This document shows positions 47,829 through 56,718 of a DNA stretch of 64,000 nucleotides, one piece after another. Position 1 is the first letter of the stretch, and the number at the start of each line of letters is the position of its first letter. This stretch comes from Candidatus Woesearchaeota archaeon (lineage in GTDB: Archaea; Nanobdellota; Nanobdellia; Woesearchaeales; DSVV01). The DNA lies in NCBI GenBank assembly GCA_016192995.1, contig JACPTB010000002.1, forward strand, positions 98,283 to 162,282, read 5' to 3'. The notes under the pieces are model-generated. The model ran no database searches and was not told the DNA's origin. It saw only the letters and a list, made by a program, of their open reading frames with translations. Position numbers and translations under genes: made by a program.

Positions 47829-48446
47829 ATGGCTAGATATGGAAAAATCCAGGTATATACCGGAGATGGAAAAGGAAAAACAACAGCATCATTAGGATTA
47901 GCTCTGAGAACTGTTGGCCAAGGCGGTAAAGTATTTATTGTGCAATTTATGAAAGGCGGCGCATACACCGGTGAATTTATCAGCATCAAAAATTTCCTCC
48001 CAAAGATTGATATTATACAATTTGGAAGGGGCTGTGTTAAAGAAAAAAAACAAATGAAATTATTAGGGATTAATGAAGGAGCAAAATATTTTGATTTTGT
48101 GAGAGAAGATATTGAATGCGGACCTTGCAGATATTGTTTTCTTAATGACCAGGAACAAGTAAAATTCGTGAAAAGCGCTTTTGCCTTAGCGCAGAAGTTA
48201 ACTGCTTCAGAAGATTATGATTTAATTATTCTTGATGAAGTTAATGTAGCATTGAAATTAGGATTTTTGAGCATTGAAGAAGTGCTTGAATTAATGGAAA
48301 AAAAACACCCGCAATTGGAGTTAATAATGACCGGCAGAGATGCCCATGAAAAAGTAATGGAGAAAGCAGATTTAGTTACTGAAATGAAATTAGTCAAGCA
48401 TTATTTCGACAAAGGCACTTCTGCAAGAAGAGGGATTGAGTATTAA
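47829..48446 (+). CDS. cobO: ATP:corrinoid adenosyltransferase (CobO/CobA/BtuR family)
   Basis: VYTGDGKGKTTASLGLALRTVGQGGKVFIVQFMKG P-loop signature. Confidence 0.8.
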   Translation: MARYGKIQVYTGDGKGKTTASLGLALRTVGQGGKVFIVQFMKGGAYTGEFISIKNFLPKIDIIQFGRGCVKEKKQMKLLGINEGAKYFDFVREDIECGPCRYCFLNDQEQVKFVKSAFALAQKLTASEDYDLIILDEVNVALKLGFLSIEEVLELMEKKHPQLELIMTGRDAHEKVMEKADLVTEMKLVKHYFDKGTSARRGIEY

Positions 48447-48608
48447 GAGAACTTTGCAAAATCATGGTTACTGCCTATTTTGTGAGCATTTTCGAAATAC
48501 TTATCGAGCAATTTTCGGAGTTCCAGAGAGAAAATTGCTTTGTTAAAAAGATATCTCAATGCGAACCGGCAGTAACCCGAGCTTTGCGAGTATTTTGCAA
48601 AGTTCTCC
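48447..48608 (+). mobile_element. MITE-like repeat, family 1, copy E (162 bp, intact palindrome)
   Basis: 16-bp perfect TIR GAGAACTTTGCAAAAT / ATTTTGCAAAGTTCTC, inner IR GGTTACTGCC / GGCAGTAACC; core hairpin 48508-48538. Confidence 0.8.
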
Positions 48609-48631
48609 TAAGTTTATGTAGGTTTAAGAAT

Positions 48632-50200
48632 TTAAGCTCTAAAACCAATGGAACTATAAGCATCACAAAATTTTTTAATTCTCCTGTCTTCTTTTTTATT
48701 TTCAGCTGGATTGGTATGACGAGAAACTAAACTAAGTGCCTTACCAAAGTCATCTGAAGAAATTGTTACGCCTGAATAATCTGCTTCAACTAAACCTGAA
48801 AGAGCTTCAAAAGTATCCCTGCTTCCTGCTTTTCGAGCTGCTGCTCTTTGCAAAGCAAAATGTCCTGCGCGATTGCAAATTTCTGCTAATGCTGCAGGGG
48901 TGTAACCTTCAGTAGCTTGCGCTAATGCATGAATAGTAACCTCTGAAGCTAATGGCTTAGCCCGAGTGTGTATTGCTAAAATTGCATCGCGTATTTTAAG
49001 ATCAGGTAATGGAACATGTAAGACATAACCAATTCTTCCAGGGCGCAAAAATCTATGATCAATTAAATAAGGATCATTAGTAGATCCTGATAATAAAATC
49101 CCTGAACGCTGTATCCCTGATAAATTATTCAACCAATTTGAAGTCGCAGCATGTTGTCCATCACTTGAACCATTAGCATCAAAAAGAAGTGCCTCAATAT
49201 CGTCACAATGGATAATAACTTCAGCTCCGGATTTTTCCCTTAAATCCTCAATAGCTGCTAATATTGAACCTTCATCTTCTACACGATTAGGCCGTGAAAG
49301 TTGAGTGCGTTTATCTAAAACTAATTGCATTGCGCTTAAAGGAATAAATAATGTTTTATAATCACCTGTAGCAAGAGCTTCTGCAATAAGGGTTTTGCCT
49401 GTTCCTTTGACACCTGCTAAAACAACTGATTCAGGTTTGCAGCCAAAATAACGTGCAGCATCTTTATTATTTCCTGAAGCAAATAACGTCCATTTCATAA
49501 ATTCTATAATTTCTTCAAGTCCTGCAATATCTTCTGAAGTTACTGCCCTTAATCCGATGCGTGATAAATCCCGGTATAAGGCGTAGATAAGATTTGCATA
49601 AGGATATGGTTTACCATGATTAAGAATGTAAGCTGTTTGAACAACACGCTGGGCAAAATCAAGTTCTCGTATATCATGCTGTTCCCTGATTTCTACTAAT
49701 GCTCTACCATCATAAAGCCAGTTTCCATCTTTTGAGCGTTGAGAAGCTTGTTCTTTGGTAAGAAATTTTCTGCAAACCCATATTCCTGTTGAGCCTGCTT
49801 CTTGAAAACCCCAATCCTTAAGAAGATAACCAATAGTAGTTTCACTTACTCCTGCATTCCAAGTAACATACTTACTCGCTGGTCGTTTGCCACCAAGAGG
49901 GTGAGAACGACATTGAATTTTATTTGGAGCATGAATATATCTTGCTAAATCTTCTAAAGCATCCATCTGCTCCTCAGTTATTCTTGGAAGATCCCAGTGT
50001 GCAATATGCCTGTATTGAAGATATCTATCTTGACCTTCTGATCGAGATTTGCTTACTAAAGGACAACTCAAAGCATCAGGTCTTAATCCACCAATGCTAT
50101 CAATAGCAGAATAAATAATACGATATATAGTTTGCAATACCTCTAGTTTATGAGGATCTAAAACAGTTAAAAGTGGATTGCTTTCATATCCCATACCCAA
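48632..50200 (-). CDS. classic-clade AAA ATPase with ~270-aa N-terminal domain of unknown function; compositionally atypical
   Basis: Walker A GVKGTGKT, Walker B IIHCDDIE, second region of homology FLRPGRIGYVLHVPLPD; A/G/R/L-rich unlike neighbours. Confidence 0.6.
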   Translation of the reverse strand: MGMGYESNPLLTVLDPHKLEVLQTIYRIIYSAIDSIGGLRPDALSCPLVSKSRSEGQDRYLQYRHIAHWDLPRITEEQMDALEDLARYIHAPNKIQCRSHPLGGKRPASKYVTWNAGVSETTIGYLLKDWGFQEAGSTGIWVCRKFLTKEQASQRSKDGNWLYDGRALVEIREQHDIRELDFAQRVVQTAYILNHGKPYPYANLIYALYRDLSRIGLRAVTSEDIAGLEEIIEFMKWTLFASGNNKDAARYFGCKPESVVLAGVKGTGKTLIAEALATGDYKTLFIPLSAMQLVLDKRTQLSRPNRVEDEGSILAAIEDLREKSGAEVIIHCDDIEALLFDANGSSDGQHAATSNWLNNLSGIQRSGILLSGSTNDPYLIDHRFLRPGRIGYVLHVPLPDLKIRDAILAIHTRAKPLASEVTIHALAQATEGYTPAALAEICNRAGHFALQRAAARKAGSRDTFEALSGLVEADYSGVTISSDDFGKALSLVSRHTNPAENKKEDRRIKKFCDAYSSIGFRA

Positions 50201-50330
50201 AGGGAGATTAACTATTATTTAAAAAATAGCATTAATTATGTAACTACTAAATTAAGACAATTATAATAACTTACATTTTATAAACGAAATAATCATCCCA
50301 AAATTAAAAAGTAGCTGAAAAGGCAATGCT

Positions 50331-52361
50331 ATGCCCCTTGAAAAAGTCATTAAACGGAATGGTGAAACTGTAGTTTTTGATCCAAAAAAGATCACAGATG
50401 CATTGTACAAAGCAGCGCAAGCTATTGGAGGAACTGATGAAGAGCTCTCTAAAGCATTAACAAAAAAGATTGTAGCAAAGATAGAAGAATTATTTCCTGA
50501 CAAAATCCCCCATGTTGAAGATGTTCAGGATGTTGTTGAGCGTGTTTTAATAGAAGACAATCATGTAAAAACAGCAAAAGCATATATTTTGTATAGGGAA
50601 CGCCAAAAAAATATCCGGGAGGTAAAACAGTCATTAGTAGGAGGATATGTTGATAAGCGCTTTACTATTAATGCATTAAAAATTCTCAAAGAACGATTAT
50701 TAATGAAAAAAGAAGATGGCGCTGTTGAAACGCCTGAAGATATGTTTAGAAGAGTAGCAAAAGAAATAGCAAAAGCAGATAAACAATATGATAATGAGCC
50801 AAACCTGAAAGAAACTGAAGATAAGTTTTTCGAGTGTTTAAACAAGCTTGATTTTTTGCCAAACTCGCCCTGCTTAATGAACGCAGGAACCAAAAATCAG
50901 CAGTTAATTTCATGCTATGTCCTACCAATTGAAGACAGCACTGAAAGTATTTATACAACATTAAAAAATGCTGCAATGGTGCATCGTACAGGTTCAGGAA
51001 CAGGCTTTTCTTTTTCCAATTTAAGACCAAAAGAAGATACGATCGATGATTCTCGTGGATTTTCAGCAGGGCCAATTCCATTTATGCATGTCTATGATAA
51101 ATCAACAGAAATAATCAAGAAAACTGGTTTAAGGCGTGGCGCAAACATGGCAGTGTTGCGTGTTGATCACCCCAATATCCTCGATTTTATTACCGCAAAA
51201 GAAAATCCCCATCACTTGAGAAACTTCAACATCTCTGTTGGCATTACAAAAGAATTTATGGATGCATTAGACAACAGAAAACGATATCCATTAATTAATC
51301 CGCGAACAAAGCAGGAAGTTCGTTTATTGCCTGCTAAAGAGGTCTTTGATTTAATTGCAACAATGTCGTGGAAAAATGGTGAGCCAGGAGTTATTTTCCT
51401 TGATACTATTAATGAGAAGAACCCTGTTCCTGAACTTGGTGAAATAAAAACAACCTCTGCCTGCGGAGAAGTGCCTTTGCTTGAATATGAAGCATGCCCG
51501 CTTGGCTCAATAAACTTATCTAATATGGTGCAAGGAGGCAGGGTCAATTTAGCTGCATTGCGGGACACTGCGTGGATTGCAGTGCATTTTCTTGATAATG
51601 TTATTGATGTAAATAAATACACCTTAAAAGACAGTGAAAAAATAACTAATGATAATAGAAAAATAGGAGTTGGAGTTATGGGTTTTGCAGATATGCTGTA
51701 TCAGTTAGGGGTTCCTTATAATAGTGAAGAAGCAATAAAAGTAGCAGAAAGAATCATGAAATTTATTCGTGATGAAGCAAGATTAGCTTCAGAAGCTCTA
51801 GCAAAAAAAAGAGGAGTATTTGCAAATTATGAAAAAAGCATATATGCAAAAAAAGGAATAAAGCAAAGAAATGCGACAACAACTGCTATTGCGCCAACAG
51901 GAACAATCTCATTAATTGCTGATTGTTCTTCAGGCATTGAACCGAATTTCGCTTTAAGTTACATGAAAAAAATCACCGGTGGGGATGAGTTATTATATGT
52001 TAATAAGCATTTAAAAAGCGAATTATTGAAAAGAGAGATTTATTCTGAAGATTTAATGAAAGAAATTGCATCAAAAGGATCACTCCAATCATTTTTGGAT
52101 TTAGCATCAGAAATCAGAAAAGTGTTTGTTATTAGCCATGAAATACCTGCAGAATATCATGTATTAATCCAAGCAGCATTTCAAAAATATTGCGATAATG
52201 CAGTTTCAAAGAGCGTTAATTTAGAGTACACTTCAAGCAAAGAAGATGTCGTTAAAACCTTCAAGCTTGCTTACAAACTAGGGTGTAAAGGAATAACCAT
52301 TTATCGAGATAGAAGCAGAGAAGATCAGATTTTAACACTATTAGGGGGAGAAGCAATATGA
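50331..52361 (+). CDS. nrdJ: class II ribonucleotide reductase (short paralog, no intein)
   Basis: ATP-cone VIKRNGETVVFDPKKITDALYKA; TSACGEVPLLEYEACPLGSINL; GCKGITIYRDRSR. Confidence 0.8.
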   Translation: MPLEKVIKRNGETVVFDPKKITDALYKAAQAIGGTDEELSKALTKKIVAKIEELFPDKIPHVEDVQDVVERVLIEDNHVKTAKAYILYRERQKNIREVKQSLVGGYVDKRFTINALKILKERLLMKKEDGAVETPEDMFRRVAKEIAKADKQYDNEPNLKETEDKFFECLNKLDFLPNSPCLMNAGTKNQQLISCYVLPIEDSTESIYTTLKNAAMVHRTGSGTGFSFSNLRPKEDTIDDSRGFSAGPIPFMHVYDKSTEIIKKTGLRRGANMAVLRVDHPNILDFITAKENPHHLRNFNISVGITKEFMDALDNRKRYPLINPRTKQEVRLLPAKEVFDLIATMSWKNGEPGVIFLDTINEKNPVPELGEIKTTSACGEVPLLEYEACPLGSINLSNMVQGGRVNLAALRDTAWIAVHFLDNVIDVNKYTLKDSEKITNDNRKIGVGVMGFADMLYQLGVPYNSEEAIKVAERIMKFIRDEARLASEALAKKRGVFANYEKSIYAKKGIKQRNATTTAIAPTGTISLIADCSSGIEPNFALSYMKKITGGDELLYVNKHLKSELLKREIYSEDLMKEIASKGSLQSFLDLASEIRKVFVISHEIPAEYHVLIQAAFQKYCDNAVSKSVNLEYTSSKEDVVKTFKLAYKLGCKGITIYRDRSREDQILTLLGGEAI

Positions 52362-52915
52362 TATTGAGCGATATTGATATTAAAAAGGAATTGGAAAAAG
52401 GAGACTTGCTTATTGAAAAAATGACCTTCAACCAAATTGGCCCTTGTTCAGTTGATTTAACCCTTGGCAATACCTTTATGGTTTTCAAACATGCTGATAT
52501 TACCCATGTTGATCCAAAAAAGATTGATCGGGAATCATTAATGTCAGAAACAATTAAAGAAGAGGATAAGCCATTTATCATTCACCCAGGAGAGTTCGTG
52601 CTTGGTGCAACAAAAGAACGAGTAAGAGTTCCGAGTTATTTGGTAGGAAGATTAGATGGAAGAAGTTCTTGGGGAAGATTAGGTATTATTGTGCATTCAA
52701 CTGCTGGTTCTGTGCATCCTGGCTGGGATGGCCAGCTTACCTTGGAGATTGCAAATATCTCAAAACTCCCTGTTGCATTATATCCAGGAATGAAAATATG
52801 CCAGATTAGCTTCCAGCAACTAACATCACCAGCAGAAGAGCCTTATCATAAAAAGCAGAATGCCAAATACATTAATCAAGTAGGCCCAGGAGCAACCAGA
52901 GTAGGAGAAGATTAA
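52358..52915 (+). CDS. dcd: dCTP deaminase
   Basis: VDLTLGNTF, GRLDGRSSWGRLGIIVH, GQLTLEIAN; overlaps nrdJ stop by 4 nt. Confidence 0.85.
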   Translation: MILSDIDIKKELEKGDLLIEKMTFNQIGPCSVDLTLGNTFMVFKHADITHVDPKKIDRESLMSETIKEEDKPFIIHPGEFVLGATKERVRVPSYLVGRLDGRSSWGRLGIIVHSTAGSVHPGWDGQLTLEIANISKLPVALYPGMKICQISFQQLTSPAEEPYHKKQNAKYINQVGPGATRVGED

Positions 52916-52941
52916 AAAAGAATAGTTAGTTTCTTTAAAAG

Positions 52942-53463
52942 ATGGCATGGCATGAACATCTCCGTAGAGACCTTAGGGAGCATCAAGAATTAAGACTTGC
53001 CTTAATAGATAACCTTGAAGCAGTTATTGAAGAAGATGCAAAGGCAATCGAAGTATTTACTGAAGATAATGTAGATCTAAGGATAACTCAAAAAAGAGTA
53101 CGACAAGACTTACCAGATGATTTTTCTTCTGATCAAACAAGGTATTCTCTTGCAGCGGTTTATTTTGCCAATGCTAGATATTTTGGAATAGCACCAGATC
53201 ATAGAAACGATAGACTCCAACTAGTTATTCATCGAAAAACTCCAGTAAATAACATAGCAACCTATGACTATGAAAGTAATGATCCTTATCCCCATGTAAT
53301 AAAAATTCCGCATACTGATTTCAAGAAGGTGAAAGATTTTTTAGAATCATTAGATGCAGAAACAAGACATGCTGTCCACTACAATATGATAGGAAGAAAT
53401 CGAAAAACAACTGGAAATCTAGCAACAAGAGCAGAGCTAGTAATTACAGAAACTATAGACTAG
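52942..53463 (+). CDS. hypothetical protein (possibly N-terminal part of a longer interrupted gene)
   Basis: 173 aa; frame stays open through the TAG at 53461-53463 for 46 more codons into the 53602 ORF. Confidence 0.35.
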   Translation: MAWHEHLRRDLREHQELRLALIDNLEAVIEEDAKAIEVFTEDNVDLRITQKRVRQDLPDDFSSDQTRYSLAAVYFANARYFGIAPDHRNDRLQLVIHRKTPVNNIATYDYESNDPYPHVIKIPHTDFKKVKDFLESLDAETRHAVHYNMIGRNRKTTGNLATRAELVITETID

Positions 53464-53601
53464 GGAAAATATGAATATAAGCCTTCTAGAAAATTATTTG
53501 ATCCTTTCATTAATGATTTTGACCTTGTTCGAGAGGCTAATGGACATGCTGGAGCTGATTATGTATGTGGATTATTAAGTATTGACGCAGATAAATTAAA
53601 A

Positions 53602-54027
53602 ATGCAGCTATATTGGTTGATACGATTGCCAATAAGAGAAAAACCACAAAACACTGAGGTATTTAAAGAATTAAGAACAATGCTAAAACAGGTAACAGGC
53701 ATTGCTGAAGATATAAATACATATTTGAAAAGAACAAGAATATTGTATCTTGTAAACCAAGCAAGAAGAAGAGTAAAAGAATTTTATTCAGGAAAGAAAC
53801 CTTATTCATTACCATTGGAAAAAAGAGCTTTTGAAACAAGACAATATGCTTTAGAAAAGTTACCTTATGAAGTTCCTGAAAGATATGGTGTCATATTGGA
53901 TGGAGCAACCATCACAAGATTCGCTTCACAACTCGATTATGTAGCTTTAAAATTAATAACACAAACACCAGAATTATTATATGCTGAAGCGCAACAGAGA
54001 GAAGCTGAACTAAGAAAAGTTGCATAA
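53602..54027 (+). CDS. hypothetical protein (possibly C-terminal part of interrupted gene)
   Basis: 141 aa in the same frame as the upstream ORF. Confidence 0.35.
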   Translation: MQLYWLIRLPIREKPQNTEVFKELRTMLKQVTGIAEDINTYLKRTRILYLVNQARRRVKEFYSGKKPYSLPLEKRAFETRQYALEKLPYEVPERYGVILDGATITRFASQLDYVALKLITQTPELLYAEAQQREAELRKVA

Positions 54028-54046
54028 CATAAAAATCCTGAGTAAA

Positions 54047-54832
54047 TTAATCTCCTCTCGCTAACAACCCAGTTTTCTTAGCATGTTGAAATGAATAATA
54101 CAATACAACAGCCATAACAAGAAGCAATGCTACTGATCCTAACAAAGCAAAGAATAATTGCATGTAATTAACGGTCTGTTGATTAAGAAAAGAACGAAGA
54201 TTCTCAAAAACATAGGTTGAAGGTAATATAATTGCTATGTTCTGCGCCCAACCTGGTAAAACAGTTAAGGGATAGAATACACAGCTAAAAGGCTGGACAA
54301 TCCAAACACTGCTCCATGCTATTACTTGAATACGCTGACCATACCTAAATATAAGAGCGACAATTAATAATCCAAGAGCCATGCCAAAAAGTGATAAGAT
54401 GAGGATTGATAATGCTAAAAAGAATAAGGGAAATTGAAATATGTTAAATGCATAAAAAGTGTACGCTAAAATAAACTGAAACAAAAAGCTAACTAATCCT
54501 CGAAAAAAAGCAAATAAAATAATAGAAACTATATGCTCTGATAATTTGATAGGGGATGAGAATAGATTATATAAATTTCTCGCCCAAAAATCCTCTAAGA
54601 CAAAGGTGCCTAAATCCTGTGAAGCTTTCCAGACAAATATCCAGAGAATAATTCCCCCAAACATCATGCTTAAAAGATTAAAATTAGATAATTGTTCAAT
54701 ATAAAGATACGCAAATCCCCAGATAAATAAGTCAATCACTGGCCAGAAGAAGATATCAAATAATCTGTCAATACGATTAATGGAGATATAATAATATTTC
54801 AATAATAACGCTGAAATTCTATACCATTTCAT
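54047..54832 (-). CDS. ABC-2 type exporter permease
   Basis: 261 aa, 6 TM, downstream of ABC ATPase. Confidence 0.5.
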   Translation of the reverse strand: MKWYRISALLLKYYYISINRIDRLFDIFFWPVIDLFIWGFAYLYIEQLSNFNLLSMMFGGIILWIFVWKASQDLGTFVLEDFWARNLYNLFSSPIKLSEHIVSIILFAFFRGLVSFLFQFILAYTFYAFNIFQFPLFFLALSILILSLFGMALGLLIVALIFRYGQRIQVIAWSSVWIVQPFSCVFYPLTVLPGWAQNIAIILPSTYVFENLRSFLNQQTVNYMQLFFALLGSVALLLVMAVVLYYSFQHAKKTGLLARGD

Positions 54833-54862
54833 AGTATTTTCTCCAAATAGGTTACATTACTT

Positions 54863-55795
54863 TCATTTCTTACTTCGCGCGATCTGAATAAAAATATCAT
54901 CCAGGGTTGGCTTATTCAAATGCATATTGCTTAATTTAACACCTTGTTGAAAAGTAAGATTCATTAATTTATACAATTTATCACCTACTGCATCAATTTC
55001 AAACACAACCGTATTGGTACCAGTAGTAATTATGGTAATATTTTTTTCCTTGAGCAGCTTCAATAAACCTTTAAAATTCTCTTTCACAACTAAGGCAACC
55101 GTTTGCTTCCTAATCATCCGTTTAAAGTTATCTGCAGTGTCTATTTTAAGGATTTTGCCTTTATCCATAAACGCAATTCTATCGCACAATTCCTCAACCT
55201 CAAACATATAATGAGAAGTAAATATAATGGTAGTGCCATGTTTCTCTTGATACTCTTTAATAATCGTCCTTGTCTTTTCAGCAATATCCGGATCTAAACC
55301 AACAGTGCATTCATCAAGAAACAACACTTCAGGATCATTGATAAAACCTTTGCAAAGCGAAACACGAGTACGCTCTCCTGAACTTAACAACGTTACTTTT
55401 TTATCAGCCAATTCTTTTAATTCAAATATATCCAGCAGATGATTTATTTTTTCTTCTACATTTCTGATGCCATATAATTTAGCGTAAACACGTAAATTCT
55501 GTCGAATAGTCAGTACTTCGGATAAAGAATAGTACGCAGTTGCAACATTAACTTTATTTTTAACCTCTTCCCAAGCTTTTTCTGGATCTTTGCCTAAAAT
55601 CTTAATGCTCCCTGAATTCATGCTCAGTAATCCATTAAGAATATTAAGAGTCGTTGTCTTGCCAGCGCCATTTGGCCCAAGCAACCCAAAGATTTCTCCT
55701 TTTTTCACAGAAAAGGATATTTTATTGACTGCTTTAACAACAGCTTGCTTACTCTGAAATGTTTTTACTAAGTTTTTTACTTCAATTGCGTACAT
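54863..55795 (-). CDS. ABC transporter ATP-binding protein
   Basis: Walker A GLLGPNGAGKTT, signature LSSGERTRVSL, Walker B VLFLDECTVGLD. Confidence 0.8.
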   Translation of the reverse strand: MYAIEVKNLVKTFQSKQAVVKAVNKISFSVKKGEIFGLLGPNGAGKTTTLNILNGLLSMNSGSIKILGKDPEKAWEEVKNKVNVATAYYSLSEVLTIRQNLRVYAKLYGIRNVEEKINHLLDIFELKELADKKVTLLSSGERTRVSLCKGFINDPEVLFLDECTVGLDPDIAEKTRTIIKEYQEKHGTTIIFTSHYMFEVEELCDRIAFMDKGKILKIDTADNFKRMIRKQTVALVVKENFKGLLKLLKEKNITIITTGTNTVVFEIDAVGDKLYKLMNLTFQQGVKLSNMHLNKPTLDDIFIQIARSKK

Positions 55796-55801
55796 AGCCT
55801 C

Positions 55802-56077
55802 TTAAAACAAACTGAAGCTTAAATAGTTAATGATAGTACCAGTAGGAAGAATAACATCTTGAGCAGCACTTTCTGTTTTCAAGACATAGCCACTCAAGAT
55901 GATATCTTCAGGGGTAGGATTATATAAGACAACAGCTTCCCCACCACTCTCTGTTGCAACAGGATCATAATATACTTCACTTATAACAACTGAATTAGCT
56001 AAAACACCAGAACCTAAACCAAAAAATAACACTAAATTAGTTAAAAATACTCTCAAATATTTTTCCATAATAATCAC
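55802..56077 (-). CDS. small secreted lamin-tail-domain (LTD)-like protein
   Basis: signal peptide then VVISEVYYDPVATESGGEAVVLYNPTPEDIILSGYVL matches LTD consensus V.I.Ev...p.g...gEwvElyN.t...vdLsGw.L. Confidence 0.5.
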   Translation of the reverse strand: MIIMEKYLRVFLTNLVLFFGLGSGVLANSVVISEVYYDPVATESGGEAVVLYNPTPEDIILSGYVLKTESAAQDVILPTGTIINYLSFSLF

Positions 56078-56289
56078 CTCAGAAATGTGATAGTTGAAGT
56101 GCTTAATATAACCACCGTCGAGAAAACCGAAAATAGTTATAACAAAATCGGAAGAAACAACAAGAATAATGAAAGATTTTCGAAAAAGAGTATGCCTAAT
56201 GAAAATCTTTCGGAAAAAACAAAAAGATTACGTATGAAAATAAGAAATTGAAAGAGAAATAAGAGTAAAACAAGAAGAAATCTGAGAAA

Positions 56290-56613
56290 TCAGCGATATG
56301 CTGGACTTTCATCAATCATACGTTCTTCAGCTATTCTATCTGAATTCCAACCTTCCAAAGTTTGCCTTAATCCATCATAAGCCTTGATATCATCCTGAGG
56401 AATAATTCCTCTATAAACTGCTGTGTTTGGCGAAGCTTGAGCAACAGTGTCAACAAAGGTATCGGGATGATATCCCTTAGGTAAAAAAACTCGTTGTGCT
56501 GTATAAAATGGTGTAACTACAGGAACACTGAATTCAACTTCTCGAGGCACTAACGCATCAACTAATTTACCAAGATCCTCTCGGGGAGCAATCATCATTA
56601 CTTCTTGAGCCAT
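56290..56613 (-). CDS. hypothetical protein, atypical composition
   Basis: 107 aa A/P/R/V-rich; RBS GAGGTGG 7 nt upstream. Confidence 0.35.
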   Translation of the reverse strand: MAQEVMMIAPREDLGKLVDALVPREVEFSVPVVTPFYTAQRVFLPKGYHPDTFVDTVAQASPNTAVYRGIIPQDDIKAYDGLRQTLEGWNSDRIAEERMIDESPAYR

Positions 56614-56718
56614 ATAACCACCTCATGTAGTTAATTATAATTTAATGACATGAAACATAAGAACTGAGATTTAAATATAACCATTAAATATTTAAACTAG
56701 TTTAAACTTTACAAAGAT

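Noticed and set aside
43079-48608. Possibility that the dispersed repeats form a CRISPR array
   Set aside because: Repeats are 140-260 bp, irregularly spaced over tens of kb, and have TIR/TSD structure. No short regularly spaced direct repeats with unique spacers were seen anywhere in the window.
48441-48612. Target-site duplication for family-1 MITE copy E (TTAA / TAAG flanks)
   Set aside because: Flanking bases are similar but not an unambiguous direct repeat. Other family-1 copies have degenerate right ends, so no TSD length can be assigned.
49400-50200. HNH-nuclease-like motif in the N-domain of the AAA ATPase (YRHIAHWD...NKIQCRSHP)
   Set aside because: Order of His, Asn and GG elements does not match the HNH beta-beta-alpha metal finger. 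Treated as chance resemblance.
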